Part shown: positions 53,640 through 63,830 of the stretch, piece after piece
Layout of the letters: the number at the start of each line of letters is the position of its first letter
Numbering within the stretch: the stretch's first letter is position 1
Assembly: GCA_937126915.1 (NCBI GenBank)
Contig: CAKZLM010000017.1
Span: 1,357 to 65,356, forward strand
Source: an uncultured Alphaproteobacteria bacterium
GTDB taxonomy: Bacteria > Pseudomonadota > Alphaproteobacteria > Sphingomonadales > SMXR01
Direction of reading: 5' to 3'
DNA: 64,000 nucleotides
Notes under the pieces: model-generated
Databases searched by the model: none
The model's input: only the letters and a program-made list of their open reading frames with translations
Told to the model about the DNA's origin: nothing
Program-made: the position numbers and the translations under genes

Positions 53640-55979
53640 TTAGGCCTTTTCGGCAGGCTTTTTCTTTGCCTTAGAGGTTTTCTTTTTGGCAGCGGGTGCC
53701 TTAGGGATAATCTCAAACGACAGGTTACCCTCTTTAGCATGAACCACCACTTCACCGCCTTTTTGCAACTTCCCAAATAACAGTTCATCAGCCAGCGGGG
53801 TTTTAATTTTCTCTTGAATTAAACGCGATAAAGGCCGCGCGCCAAACAAGCGATCATACCCTTTCTTGGCTAGGTATTTTTTTGCTTCATTGCTTAGGCT
53901 AATCTCTACTTGACGATCTGATAGTTGCATCTCAAGCTCAAGAATGAATTTATCAACCACACGCTCTATCACCTCATCAGAGAGATAATCAAATGGCACA
54001 ATCGCATCTAAGCGGTTTCTAAATTCAGGCGTAAACATGTTTTTAATGGCTTCATCATCGGCATCGAGCTTATTGCTAGCGCCAAAGCCAATGGCCTGTT
54101 TCGCCATTTCTTTTGCCCCAGCGTTGGTGGTCATGATTAGAACGACATTCCTAAAATCAACCGACTTACCATTGCTGTCCGTTAAGGTGCCGTTATCCAT
54201 CACCTGTAATAAAACATTAAACAGGTCAGGATGGGCTTTTTCAATTTCATCAAGCAGCAAAACACAATGGGGATGCTGATCAATGGCATCGGTTAGCAAG
54301 CCACCTTGGTCAAAACCGACATAGCCTGGAGGTGCCCCAATCAAGCGCGATACAGCGTGGCGTTCCATATATTCTGACATATCAAAGCGCTTTAACGGTA
54401 CACCTAATAGATAGGCTAACTGACGCGCTACTTCGGTTTTACCAACGCCTGTCGGGCCAGAGAATAGATAATTACCGATCGGCTTGTTTTCATCACGTAA
54501 ACCTGCACGCGACAATTTAATCGCTGAACTTAAAACCTTAATCGCTCTATCTTGCCCAAAGACAACACGACGCAGGTCCGATGATAAGTTTTTCATCACC
54601 CGCGCATCGTCTTTATTGACCGATTTTTCGGGAATACGGGCAATTTTAGCAACCACGGCTTCCACATCTTTCACCCCAATGACCTTGCGACGTTTTGAGG
54701 TTGGCTTTAAGGCCTCAGCCGCACCCACTTCATCAATCACGTCAATGGCGCTGTCTGGAAGCTTGCGGTCATTGATATAACGAGCTGATAAATCAACCGA
54801 TGCCTTAATCGCCTCATTGGTATAGCGCAGGTTATGATATTCCTCATAATATGGTTTTAAGCCCTGCATAATTTTAATGGCATCGTCTTTTGATGGTTCA
54901 TTAACATCAATTTTTTGGAAGCGACGCAACAAGGCGCGGTCTTTCTCAAAATGAGACCGAAATTCTTTATAGGTGGTTGACCCCATGCAGCGAATGCTAC
55001 CAGAGGATAACGCAGGCTTTAAAAGGTTAGAGGCATCCATGGCGCCACCAGATGTGGCCCCTGCCCCAATGACAGTATGAATTTCATCAATAAACAAAAC
55101 TGCATCAGGATGATCTTCTAATTCTTTCACCACCGCTTTTAGACGTTCTTCAAAGTCACCACGATAGCGGGTTCCTGCCAACAAAGCGCCCATATCAAGA
55201 GAATAAATCTCTGAGGCAGCCAAGACATCTGGCACCTCTTCATTGGCAATTTTAAGGGCCAAACCTTCAGCAATGGCGGTTTTGCCAACACCGGGGTCAC
55301 CCACCAACAGCGGATTGTTTTTATTGCGACGACATAACACTTGAATAACCCGTGCCACTTCATTGTCACGGCCAATAAGGGGGTCAATTTTCCCATCATA
55401 GGCTTTTTGGTTTAAATTAACGCAATAACTATCCAAGGCACCTTTGGCAACTTCGACATTATCTTCGCCCACACTTTGGGTGCTTTCTTCCGCATCACTA
55501 ACCCCTGTGATAGGGCGTTCTTGCGACATGTTAGTCACCTTGGCTACACCATGACTGATGTAACTTACCGCATCAAAACGGGTCATATCCTGCTGTTGAA
55601 GATAATAAGTAGCATAGCTTTCACGTTCACTGAACAAGGCTACCAAGACATTGGCACCAGTGGTTTCTTCACGGCCCGAGCTTTGGACATGCAAAATGGC
55701 GCGCTGCACCACCCGCTGGAAGGCAATCGCAGGGGTTGCCTCAACCGGCTCATCATCCTCAGCCACAAGATAGGTTAAATGTTCATCAATGAATTCAATC
55801 AATTGTTCACGAAGCAAGCCAATATCAACAGCACATGCCACCAACACCGCAATGGCATCAGGGTCATCAAGAAGGCCCAACAATAAATGCTCTAAAGTAG
55901 CGTATTCATGGTTGCGCTTATTGGCCTCGCCCAAGGCACGGTGAAGGGTTTGTTCTAATGCTGATGAAAACGCGCTCAT
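53640..55979 (-). CDS. clpA: ATP-dependent Clp protease ATP-binding subunit ClpA
   Basis: 779-aa ORF with the Clp N-domain and two AAA+ modules ([19 protein letters not shown]). Confidence 0.97.
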   Translation of the reverse strand: MSAFSSALEQTLHRALGEANKRNHEYATLEHLLLGLLDDPDAIAVLVACAVDIGLLREQLIEFIDEHLTYLVAEDDEPVEATPAIAFQRVVQRAILHVQSSGREETTGANVLVALFSERESYATYYLQQQDMTRFDAVSYISHGVAKVTNMSQERPITGVSDAEESTQSVGEDNVEVAKGALDSYCVNLNQKAYDGKIDPLIGRDNEVARVIQVLCRRNKNNPLLVGDPGVGKTAIAEGLALKIANEEVPDVLAASEIYSLDMGALLAGTRYRGDFEERLKAVVKELEDHPDAVLFIDEIHTVIGAGATSGGAMDASNLLKPALSSGSIRCMGSTTYKEFRSHFEKDRALLRRFQKIDVNEPSKDDAIKIMQGLKPYYEEYHNLRYTNEAIKASVDLSARYINDRKLPDSAIDVIDEVGAAEALKPTSKRRKVIGVKDVEAVVAKIARIPEKSVNKDDARVMKNLSSDLRRVVFGQDRAIKVLSSAIKLSRAGLRDENKPIGNYLFSGPTGVGKTEVARQLAYLLGVPLKRFDMSEYMERHAVSRLIGAPPGYVGFDQGGLLTDAIDQHPHCVLLLDEIEKAHPDLFNVLLQVMDNGTLTDSNGKSVDFRNVVLIMTTNAGAKEMAKQAIGFGASNKLDADDEAIKNMFTPEFRNRLDAIVPFDYLSDEVIERVVDKFILELEMQLSDRQVEISLSNEAKKYLAKKGYDRLFGARPLSRLIQEKIKTPLADELLFGKLQKGGEVVVHAKEGNLSFEIIPKAPAAKKKTSKAKKKPAEKA

Positions 55980-56037
55980 ATCTTTTGTTCCTGTTCTATG
56001 ATTATTAGTCTGTCCGTTTCATCCCAGTTTTATTTTT

Positions 56038-56385
56038 TTATTCTTTTTCCATGGTGCATTGTAGCGGATGTTCATTGCGCCTAGCATAGTCCATCACTTG
56101 CATCACTTTGGTTTCTGCCACCTCATAGGTAAACACACCACAAACCCCGACGCCGCGTTGATGCACCTGCAACATGACCTGCGTTGCATCTTCAATGGTC
56201 ATACGAAAAACTCGTTGCAAAACCATCACAACAAAGTCCATCGGGGTGTAATCATCATTCAATAAGATCACCTTATAAAGCGAGGGCTTTTTGGTTTTTT
56301 CCCGTGTTTGGGTCAAAAGGCCTGCTTCAAAATCATCATCATGATTTTTTTTAGGATCGTCCGTCATTGTAATCGTCAATGTCAT
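56038..56385 (-). CDS. clpS: ATP-dependent Clp protease adaptor ClpS
   Basis: Core [18 protein letters not shown]...VAETKV. The start is chosen at MTLTITM (56385) after GAGAGA; 56367 and 56424 are possible alternatives. Confidence 0.85.
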   Translation of the reverse strand: MTLTITMTDDPKKNHDDDFEAGLLTQTREKTKKPSLYKVILLNDDYTPMDFVVMVLQRVFRMTIEDATQVMLQVHQRGVGVCGVFTYEVAETKVMQVMDYARRNEHPLQCTMEKE

Positions 56386-56548
56386 GTTTCTCTCATTGAA
56401 GTCTGGTTCTTTTTTGCGCTTCATATCGTAATCATACTTATAGTTAGGGACGATTTCAACATCTACAAGCCCCAGGTTAAAAGCCACCAAATTATGAAGC
56501 ACCTCTCAACGTGTTTCACAATGCAATTCTTAAACCAGAAAAACTAAC

Positions 56549-57025
56549 TTATTGTTTTTCTTTAAGTTCATTTAAAAGGGTTTCGCGGGCCGCATTTAAT
56601 TGACTGGCAAGATAATCGTTGCCACCGCTATCAGGATGCAATTTTTGCATTAATTTTTGCCACGCGTCATTGACCATTTTTTGATCAATGGGATCTTTTA
56701 GACCCAACACATCTAAGGCCTGTTTTCGATCCATTTGCGTTGAATTAGGGGTTGATGACCCTCCCGAAACTTTATCCTTAAAAGATTGATAGGTTTGCCA
56801 CGCGCCCTTTACCATGCGATAGCGCCGCCACCCTGTAAAAGCCGCCAAAAGTAATGGAAAACTGAGCAAGTAACGCCCCATCAAAGCCAATACAATAGCC
56901 GCAATGATTAAGGCCACAATCACAAAACTAAACATAAAACCACGCACAGTTTCAGGTTTTGCATTGGCCAACCAATATAATAAAAGAATAACAAAAACTA
57001 AGGCCATGATTCCGAAAAAAAACAT
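56549..57025 (-). CDS. Membrane-anchored J-domain protein
   Basis: Two N-terminal hydrophobic helices and a C-terminal J domain with the HPD motif (ALDVLGL...AWQKLMQKLHPDSGGN). Confidence 0.75.
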   Translation of the reverse strand: MFFFGIMALVFVILLLYWLANAKPETVRGFMFSFVIVALIIAAIVLALMGRYLLSFPLLLAAFTGWRRYRMVKGAWQTYQSFKDKVSGGSSTPNSTQMDRKQALDVLGLKDPIDQKMVNDAWQKLMQKLHPDSGGNDYLASQLNAARETLLNELKEKQ

Positions 57026-57063
57026 CCAAACCCCAATCGTTTAAAATCCAAAGCTTCCTAGAT

Positions 57064-57897
57064 TTAAGAAGCCTGTGCCAAGCTTTCAAGTGATGGTAGG
57101 CGCAAGCATTCCATCAAACGGCGTAACTCTTGGCGTGCTGCCACCTCAGACATACTAAGACCCTTGCCACCAAGGCCCGATGTTTTCTTTAAATCAACCA
57201 AGGTGAGACCTTTCAAGAAAAGCTCACGATAAATCACCCGCTCGCCAAAACCCGCAACAAATCGGAAGCCAACACGTTTTGCCAATTTTTCAAGAACCCC
57301 CTCAACATAACGTTTATTGCGAGCATCAATGCCAGACACACGGTTACGCAAAACGATCCAATCAATTTGGCCTTTATCACGGGTGGCGCGGGCCTGCCTG
57401 CTTTTCCAAACCATCTCAGAATAAAGGCTTAATTGCTCAACCTCATGGGTGTTGGGGTTTACTTTTGCCAGCAAATCCACATCCACAAAGCTATCATTCA
57501 CAGGCGTTATGATGGTATCTGCCCAACTGTGAGCAAGGCGGGATAGAAACGAATCGCTACCCGGACAATCAATCACCAAAATATCAGCGTCTTTCGACAA
57601 TTCTTCATATGCCTTCATAAAACGTCTGGTTTCATCGGCCTCCATTTCTTTGACCGTAGGCAGGTCTGATTTTGGCAGCACCACATGCGGATTAGGCAGC
57701 AGTCTAACGTTTTTTTCCTCAGCAAAGCGGCGGCGATTTTCGAAATAGCGGGTCAATGTTCTTTGACGTGCATCTAAATCCATACTAGCAACGCGATATC
57801 CCTCGCGCTGTAAATTCATAATCAAGTGCATCGCGGTGGTTGACTTGCCACAACCACCCTTTTCATTTCCCAGCACAATGACGTGGGGTCTGCTCAT
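57064..57897 (-). CDS. mipZ: Division-plane positioning ATPase MipZ
   Basis: N-terminus VIVLGNEKGGCGKSTTAMHL...DLDARQRTLTRYFENRR closely follows the MipZ signature (a ParA-like deviant Walker A). Confidence 0.87.
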   Translation of the reverse strand: MSRPHVIVLGNEKGGCGKSTTAMHLIMNLQREGYRVASMDLDARQRTLTRYFENRRRFAEEKNVRLLPNPHVVLPKSDLPTVKEMEADETRRFMKAYEELSKDADILVIDCPGSDSFLSRLAHSWADTIITPVNDSFVDVDLLAKVNPNTHEVEQLSLYSEMVWKSRQARATRDKGQIDWIVLRNRVSGIDARNKRYVEGVLEKLAKRVGFRFVAGFGERVIYRELFLKGLTLVDLKKTSGLGGKGLSMSEVAARQELRRLMECLRLPSLESLAQAS

Positions 57898-58005
57898 AAA
57901 ATTATACCTTCTTATTTTTGTTGTTAAATGGCTTCAGCCCTGTCTTTGACCCCATCTTAACATCATGGGAATCAGGGGGAAAGTACTTTATCCATCGCAA
58001 AAGGT

Positions 58006-58020
58006 TTAAATTTGCCTTAA
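58006..58020. promoter_or_regulatory. Perfect CtrA-type box TTAA-N7-TTAA
   Basis: TTAAatttgccTTAA lies in the divergent mipZ/bax intergenic region. About two such matches are expected by chance in a window this size, so the support is weak. Confidence 0.3.
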
Positions 58021-58112
58021 ATCAGTCTATATTGTGATCTAAGACGCGTCACTCATTCGCAAGTGGTTGCTGTCCCCAAGCAAAACGCTGCACCTGAATG
58101 TAGGAGTAACGA

Positions 58113-59051
58113 ATGCCTAGACGAGTATGGATTGCTATCTTTTTAGCCCTGGTTTTCACCCTACCTGCTGGCTTGGGTATCATTGTTGTTAACAACAGCC
58201 GCAATGCCCACCTTTTGGGGGACCCCATCGACAGTTTAAATTTAAAAACACCCCATAAATCAGCCGAACATATTTTCGATGATTTGGGGTTCAAGCCGCA
58301 AGACATCAAACGAAATGTTCCAGTGCCGCGTGTTTATTTAACCAGCATGCCTGAAAGTCTGAATGACCTGCCAGTAGCCCAAAAGAAACGCCTTTTCACA
58401 GCAACCATTCTTCCGCTGGTTTTATACAGCAACGAATTAATAACAGAAGACCGTAAAAAGTTAGAAGAATTGCACGAACGCTTTAAGCAGAATTTACGCT
58501 TTTCACCACGCCAAATAGCTTGGCTTAAGCAAATGCTACGCTCTTATCGGGTGCGCCTAAACAACCCTTTATCGCAAAAAGCTTTTGACGAGTTGCTTTT
58601 ACGTGTTGACGTTATCCCCCCTTCTCTCGCCCTTGCTCAAGCCGCCATTGAAAGCGGATGGGGCACATCACGCTTTGTTCAATTGGGTAATGCCATTTAT
58701 GGGCAATGGACGTGGAGCGATGAAGATGATGGCATCGTCCCCGAACAAAGAGATGAAGGCAAAACCCATAAAATTAAAGCCTTTGAGCATCTTTTAGCAT
58801 CAGTGCGAGCCTACAGTCGCAATCTAAACACCCACAGTGCCTATAAGCAATTTCGCTTGATGCGCGCCCATGCCCGCCATGCGGAAGAAGACATCAATGG
58901 TCAGCTTTTGGTTCATGGATTGATTGACTATTCAGAACGAAAAGAATTATATGTGGAAGAGTTAGAGCAAATCATTCGCGTCAATCGCTTTGCCCGCTTT
59001 GATGATGCCAGCTTAACACCCAAATGGTGGCAAGCTGGAAATGCCCCATAA
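58113..59051 (+). CDS. Bax-like glucosaminidase-domain protein
   Basis: GGAG RBS, an N-terminal anchor, and the glucosaminidase motif LALAQAAIESGWGTSRF...GNAIYGQW. Confidence 0.8.
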   Translation: MPRRVWIAIFLALVFTLPAGLGIIVVNNSRNAHLLGDPIDSLNLKTPHKSAEHIFDDLGFKPQDIKRNVPVPRVYLTSMPESLNDLPVAQKKRLFTATILPLVLYSNELITEDRKKLEELHERFKQNLRFSPRQIAWLKQMLRSYRVRLNNPLSQKAFDELLLRVDVIPPSLALAQAAIESGWGTSRFVQLGNAIYGQWTWSDEDDGIVPEQRDEGKTHKIKAFEHLLASVRAYSRNLNTHSAYKQFRLMRAHARHAEEDINGQLLVHGLIDYSERKELYVEELEQIIRVNRFARFDDASLTPKWWQAGNAP

Positions 59052-59090
59052 TGACCGATCATAATATTTGACATTTTGTACGAGCCGTTT

Positions 59091-59942
59091 ATGTCCTTTA
59101 AAACCCCTATTGTGCGAACCGTTGATGACCTTAGAGCTGTTGTTCATCAGTGGCGACAAGAGGGCCTGAAGGTTGCCTTAGTGCCCACTATGGGAGCCTT
59201 ACATAAAGGCCACCTTAGCTTGGTTGATTTTGCCCGCAACCATGCCGATCGCGTGGTGGTCAGCATTTTTGTAAACCCAAAACAATTTGGCCCGAACGAG
59301 GACTTGGACAAATACCCCCGTCAAGAAGAAGCCGATATTAATGCCCTATCAAGCATTAAAACAGACCTTGCCTTTTGCCCCACTGTTGATGAAATGTATC
59401 CAAAGGGCTTTACCACCAACATCACCCTCACATCCATGACCACAGTTTTATGTGGCGCTAATCGCCCGGGTCATTTTGACGGTGTTGCCACCGTGGTTAC
59501 AAAGTTACTGTTGCAATGCCTGCCGGATGTTGCTGTTTTTGGTGAAAAAGATTATCAGCAACTGCAGGTGATTAAACGTTTTGTCTCCGACCTAGACATT
59601 CCTGTTAGCATCTTAGGGGCACCACTTATTCGTGATGGCGATGGTTTGGCCACGTCATCTAGAAATGTGTATCTAACAGAGGAAGAGCGCAGCATCGCAC
59701 AGTACATTCCAAAAATTCTTCAAGACATGGCGAAAAAAGCGCACCAAGGACAAAATCTTGAAAGTTTGATGGAAGATGGGGCTATTGACCTAATTGAAGC
59801 AGGCTTCGACAGTGTTGATTATTTGGAATTTCGCGAGGCTAGCACCCTATTAACTAGTCAAACAGTAACCAATGAAACGCGGCTTTTTGTAGCCGCCAAA
59901 ATAGGTAAAACCCGCTTAATTGACAATATTCCAGTCGCCTAG
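59091..59942 (+). CDS. panC: Pantoate--beta-alanine ligase
   Basis: VPTMGALHKGHLSL, FVNPKQFGPNEDL and GEKDYQQL motifs. The ATG at 59091 is preferred over the TTG at 59076. Confidence 0.93.
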   Translation: MSFKTPIVRTVDDLRAVVHQWRQEGLKVALVPTMGALHKGHLSLVDFARNHADRVVVSIFVNPKQFGPNEDLDKYPRQEEADINALSSIKTDLAFCPTVDEMYPKGFTTNITLTSMTTVLCGANRPGHFDGVATVVTKLLLQCLPDVAVFGEKDYQQLQVIKRFVSDLDIPVSILGAPLIRDGDGLATSSRNVYLTEEERSIAQYIPKILQDMAKKAHQGQNLESLMEDGAIDLIEAGFDSVDYLEFREASTLLTSQTVTNETRLFVAAKIGKTRLIDNIPVA

Positions 59943-60370
59943 ATTAAGCCTAGCTCTTTCAAGTCCATGACCATTTCTGCAGGCATTTCGGAAAAACCCT
60001 TTTGCCCCTTTGGCATGTCATCTGGGGCATTATCAGGGTCTAAATAACGCCACCCTTGGAAAATCTTATGACGCTTTGGAAAGGTTTCAACGGCGGGCAC
60101 TTTTAAAATTAAAGCACAGCGCTTTTTGCCATCGCTGCTTTCCACATCCTCTAAACCGACAATTTGGTTTCTAGCAACAATTTGGCCCTTCACAATCCAA
60201 TATAATGACCCACCATCTAGCACCTCTTTCTCGCGCTTTGGGCGATTACGGGTTACATGAGCCACCACCTGCTGGCCCTCATCATCCATATAAGATCGTT
60301 GTTCTTGCCATATATGCAACATCTCTGGGCTTTGGGTTCCCACAGACAGCTTGATTAAATGTTGCGGCAT
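59939..60370 (-). CDS. DUF1489-family protein
   Basis: N-terminus MPQHLIKLSVGTQSPEMLHIWQ, and size and pattern typical of DUF1489. It converges on panC with a 4-nt overlap. Confidence 0.72.
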   Translation of the reverse strand: MPQHLIKLSVGTQSPEMLHIWQEQRSYMDDEGQQVVAHVTRNRPKREKEVLDGGSLYWIVKGQIVARNQIVGLEDVESSDGKKRCALILKVPAVETFPKRHKIFQGWRYLDPDNAPDDMPKGQKGFSEMPAEMVMDLKELGLI

Positions 60371-60400
60371 TGAGCCTTCCTTGTCATCATCTTGATTGGA

Positions 60401-61177
60401 TTAAGTTACCTCAATCAATCCTTTTTCAGCAGCCTCTTTAAAGCGGGGATCGCTGGAAAAATAATCAAAATAGTGCATCAAAACTTCTAACTCAGGCAAC
60501 CAGTCATAGTTTAATTGCGCAATCGCCCCCATCAGATAATCGGGGAAACGCACTACGGTGCCTAAGGTTTGGCACTGCTCTAGAACCAAATGGCTAAGTC
60601 GCCCTAGAAAGAAAATTCTCTCCACCATGCGCTCACCATATTGGTCACTCACCATTGCTGTTTCCGCCACCGCTTGATCGGTCAGCTTCTTCAGCAAAAC
60701 CGAATCAACCCTAATAACATCAGACACTGCGGGAACAGCGGTCTCTAATTCTTGATACAGTAATTTGATGGCTTTGGATCTTGCAATATAGGGTAGTGAG
60801 CGAAAACCTGTTGCCATCCAAAAGGTTACACGCTGTAGAATTTCCGTCAGACTGGACCCTTTGATTAAGAAGTCATCGCCCCCCGCATGAAGCCCATAGG
60901 TTAAAATATCAATATTATCATGGCCGGTGAAAAAGATAACCGGAACGTTTTTCAAACCGCGTTCAACCAATTCTTGGCAAAATTCAAACCCATCCATGCC
61001 TGGCATTTGAACATCAGACACAATCACTCGGGGTTCAATTTCTTTGGCTAATCGAAGGCCTTCTTCACCGCCTTCCGCAATGACACAACCAATGCCCCGT
61101 GAATGAATGGCGCGGGCATAAAGCTTTGCGGTTACGGGTTCATCGTCAACAAATAGGACTTGAGGTTTTGCGGCCAT
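60401..61177 (-). CDS. Response regulator: REC domain plus an uncharacterised C-terminal domain
   Basis: REC motifs (VLFVDDEP, VSDVQMPGMDGF, FFTGH, LIKG). The following ~130 aa have no motif I recognise. Confidence 0.8.
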   Translation of the reverse strand: MAAKPQVLFVDDEPVTAKLYARAIHSRGIGCVIAEGGEEGLRLAKEIEPRVIVSDVQMPGMDGFEFCQELVERGLKNVPVIFFTGHDNIDILTYGLHAGGDDFLIKGSSLTEILQRVTFWMATGFRSLPYIARSKAIKLLYQELETAVPAVSDVIRVDSVLLKKLTDQAVAETAMVSDQYGERMVERIFFLGRLSHLVLEQCQTLGTVVRFPDYLMGAIAQLNYDWLPELEVLMHYFDYFSSDPRFKEAAEKGLIEVT

Positions 61178-61187
61178 TATCGCTCCC

Positions 61188-62621
61188 CTACAACAACATG
61201 AAGGCTGCGAGGCCTAAAAAAGCAAAGAAACCCACCACATCTGTGATGGTGGTCACAAACACACTTGAAGAAACTGCGGGGTCAATATTAAACCGATCAA
61301 GCGTCATTGGCACCACAATGCCCGCCATGGCAGCAAAGAACAAATTAACGATCATCGCCAACCCTATGACCGCGCCCAACATTATGTCGCTAAACCATAT
61401 GTGAGTAACCGCCCCCATAATGACGGCAAATAAAACACCGTTCATTATACCAACGCTGACCTCTTTTCCAAAAACCCGCCACGCATTTGCGGTGCTTAAT
61501 TCTTTGGTCGCCAGTGCACGCACCGCCACCGTCATTGTTTGTGTGCCAGCATTTCCCCCCATTGATGCAACAATCGGCATTAAGATCGCCAGTGCCACCA
61601 ATTGTTGGATGGTGGCATCAAAAACACCAATAACCAGTGATGCCAAAATGGCAGTTAACAGGTTTAAAAACAGCCATCCAAAACGGCTTTTGAATATTTT
61701 TGTTACGGTAATGTTAACGTCACCTTCGCTAACACCCGCAAGGGCTAGAATATCTTCATCTGCCTCTTCTTCAATAACGTCAACGATGTCATCTACTGTA
61801 ACCATACCAGCCAAACGACCATCATCATCCACAACCGCAGCCGACACCAAATTATATTTTTGGAAGCGGTATGCAATCTCTTCCTGATCCATTTCAATAG
61901 GAATCAAGGTTTGCTCGGTCTTCATCAAGTCTTGAATTTTGGTTGGGCGTTTGGCACGCATAACCCACGACAACGGCAAGGTACCAATGGGCCTGTGCGT
62001 TGGGTCAACCACGAAGATTTCCCAAAAATCTTCAGGCAAATCTGGGGTTTCACGCAAATAATCAAGGGTTTGACCCACGGTCCAAAAAGTGGGCACTGAG
62101 ATCAAATCACGCTGCATCAAGCGGCCCGCACTATCCTCTGGATAGGAAAGCGACTGCTCGATCATCATACGATCATCATCGCTGATGCGGTCTAGAACGT
62201 CTTGCTGTTCTTCTTCGCTTAATTCTTCAAGAACCCATACCGCATCATCGGTATCCATACTTTGAACCGCATCAGCAATTTCTTGTGGTTCAAGAACGCT
62301 GATAACATCTTCAAGGGCCCGACCTTCCAGCTCACTCAATAGGTCAGCATCAAATTCAGAACGAATCGCTTCGATAAGAGCTTTACGATCATCGGGCTTT
62401 AAAAGCTCCATTAGATCTGCCAAATCCTCATAACGAAGGTCAGCACAAAGAGCGCGAAGGTGATCGGTTGTCTCTTCACTTAAGGCAACATGAATTTCAT
62501 CCAGCAACTGGGTTTGACGCGCGTTCTCAGCCTCCACCGAGTGCTCAGACTCGTTCTCTGCTGGCGCTTCAAGCTCCTCATTCTGATCGTCAGAATTATA
62601 GTTTTCTGGCTTTTCTGTCAT
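61188..62621 (-). CDS. mgtE: Magnesium transporter MgtE
   Basis: 477-aa ORF with an acidic N-domain, tandem CBS region and C-terminal TM domain (PIVASMGGNAGTQT, ITDVVGFF). Confidence 0.93.
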   Translation of the reverse strand: MTEKPENYNSDDQNEELEAPAENESEHSVEAENARQTQLLDEIHVALSEETTDHLRALCADLRYEDLADLMELLKPDDRKALIEAIRSEFDADLLSELEGRALEDVISVLEPQEIADAVQSMDTDDAVWVLEELSEEEQQDVLDRISDDDRMMIEQSLSYPEDSAGRLMQRDLISVPTFWTVGQTLDYLRETPDLPEDFWEIFVVDPTHRPIGTLPLSWVMRAKRPTKIQDLMKTEQTLIPIEMDQEEIAYRFQKYNLVSAAVVDDDGRLAGMVTVDDIVDVIEEEADEDILALAGVSEGDVNITVTKIFKSRFGWLFLNLLTAILASLVIGVFDATIQQLVALAILMPIVASMGGNAGTQTMTVAVRALATKELSTANAWRVFGKEVSVGIMNGVLFAVIMGAVTHIWFSDIMLGAVIGLAMIVNLFFAAMAGIVVPMTLDRFNIDPAVSSSVFVTTITDVVGFFAFLGLAAFMLL

Positions 62622-62708
62622 TCCTCACCTTATTTTTTTATAGTTTAGCTTGTTTTAAAATAATTACAAAGGCTTGGATACCCTAGGAGGCAAAAAAAAT
62701 CATCGATT

Positions 62709-63809
62709 TTATAGTTTCGCCAACTCTGCTTCTAACCACTCATTGTCGCCACCTTTTTCAGGGATATCAGGTGGTGTTGGCGTATCATAATTTTGAAAAC
62801 ATGGTGCCGCGCGCACTTCCACATAGCCATGGTCTTGGAAAAACACGTTACGCGCCACATTATGGGGGTGCTGCACCGCCTCCTCAACGTTTAACACTGG
62901 CGCAATACAAGCGTCAGACCCTTCAAACAGTTTCACCCAGTGATCGCGGGGTTTGGTTACGAACAAGCCCGCCAGCTTAGCCTTTTGCTTAGGCCAGCTT
63001 ACCACTGAATGTTGGTCGTTAAAGTCAGGGTCGACTTGCAGGCCCATTAGCCCCAAAAATTCAACATAGAACTGTTTTTCCAAGGCACCAAAAGTAATAT
63101 AGCCACCATCAGAGCAGACATAGGTGTGATAATAATGCGGCCCGTCCAGCAGGCCGATGCCGCGCTTGATACCATTCATAGCGCCAGACCCAACCAGATC
63201 AAGCACCAAATTCATCATATGGGCGCTGCCATCTACCATGGCTGCATCAATCACATCACCCTTGCCAGTTTCTTGAACCTGCCTAAGGGCCGATAACATT
63301 CCAATCATCAGATAATGCGCACCGCCACCAATATCAGCCAGCAGGGTTGGTGGGGCGATGGGCGCTTGCCCCTCTGCGCTTGCTAAAAATAAAGCCGATG
63401 AAATGGAGGCATAATTATTGTCATGACCTGCAGTTTGGCTAAGGGGCCCCTCTTGCCCCCAACCTGTGATACGGCCATAAATCAGCTTTGGGTTTTCTTT
63501 AAGACATATATCAGGACCTAGGCCTAAACGCTCCATAACGCCAGGACGCATCCCTTCAATCAAACCATCCGCTGACTTGATAAGTTTCAGTAACTTTTGC
63601 TGACAGACGGGGTCTTTAAGGTCCATCGTGACCGATCGTTTCCCGCGCTTTAAAAGCCCCTTCAGGCCATCATTAAAGGGTGGCCCTTCGCGTTCGATTA
63701 AAATAACCTCAGCCCCTAAATCAGCAAAATGCATACCGCAAAAAGGAGCAGGACCAATGCCTTTAATTTCAACAATTCTTAATCCCTGCAATGGTCCTTT
63801 CATCATCAA
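62709..63809 (-). CDS. CaiB/BaiF family III CoA-transferase / alpha-methylacyl-CoA racemase-like protein
   Basis: GPLQGLRIVE..GIGPAPFCGMHFADLGAEVI and GHDNNY motifs. The ATG at 63809 follows an AAGGAG RBS. Confidence 0.85.
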   Translation of the reverse strand: MMMKGPLQGLRIVEIKGIGPAPFCGMHFADLGAEVILIEREGPPFNDGLKGLLKRGKRSVTMDLKDPVCQQKLLKLIKSADGLIEGMRPGVMERLGLGPDICLKENPKLIYGRITGWGQEGPLSQTAGHDNNYASISSALFLASAEGQAPIAPPTLLADIGGGAHYLMIGMLSALRQVQETGKGDVIDAAMVDGSAHMMNLVLDLVGSGAMNGIKRGIGLLDGPHYYHTYVCSDGGYITFGALEKQFYVEFLGLMGLQVDPDFNDQHSVVSWPKQKAKLAGLFVTKPRDHWVKLFEGSDACIAPVLNVEEAVQHPHNVARNVFFQDHGYVEVRAAPCFQNYDTPTPPDIPEKGGDNEWLEAELAKL

Positions 63810-63830
63810 CAACTCCTTTTACATCAATAT

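Noticed and set aside
53504-53788. Two overlapping ORFs (53504..53788 - and 53526..53780 +) at the clpA 3' end
   Set aside because: They overlap the Lys-rich ClpA C-terminus and its terminator region (the hairpin plus T-run at about 53578-53616 on the minus strand). No independent support exists.
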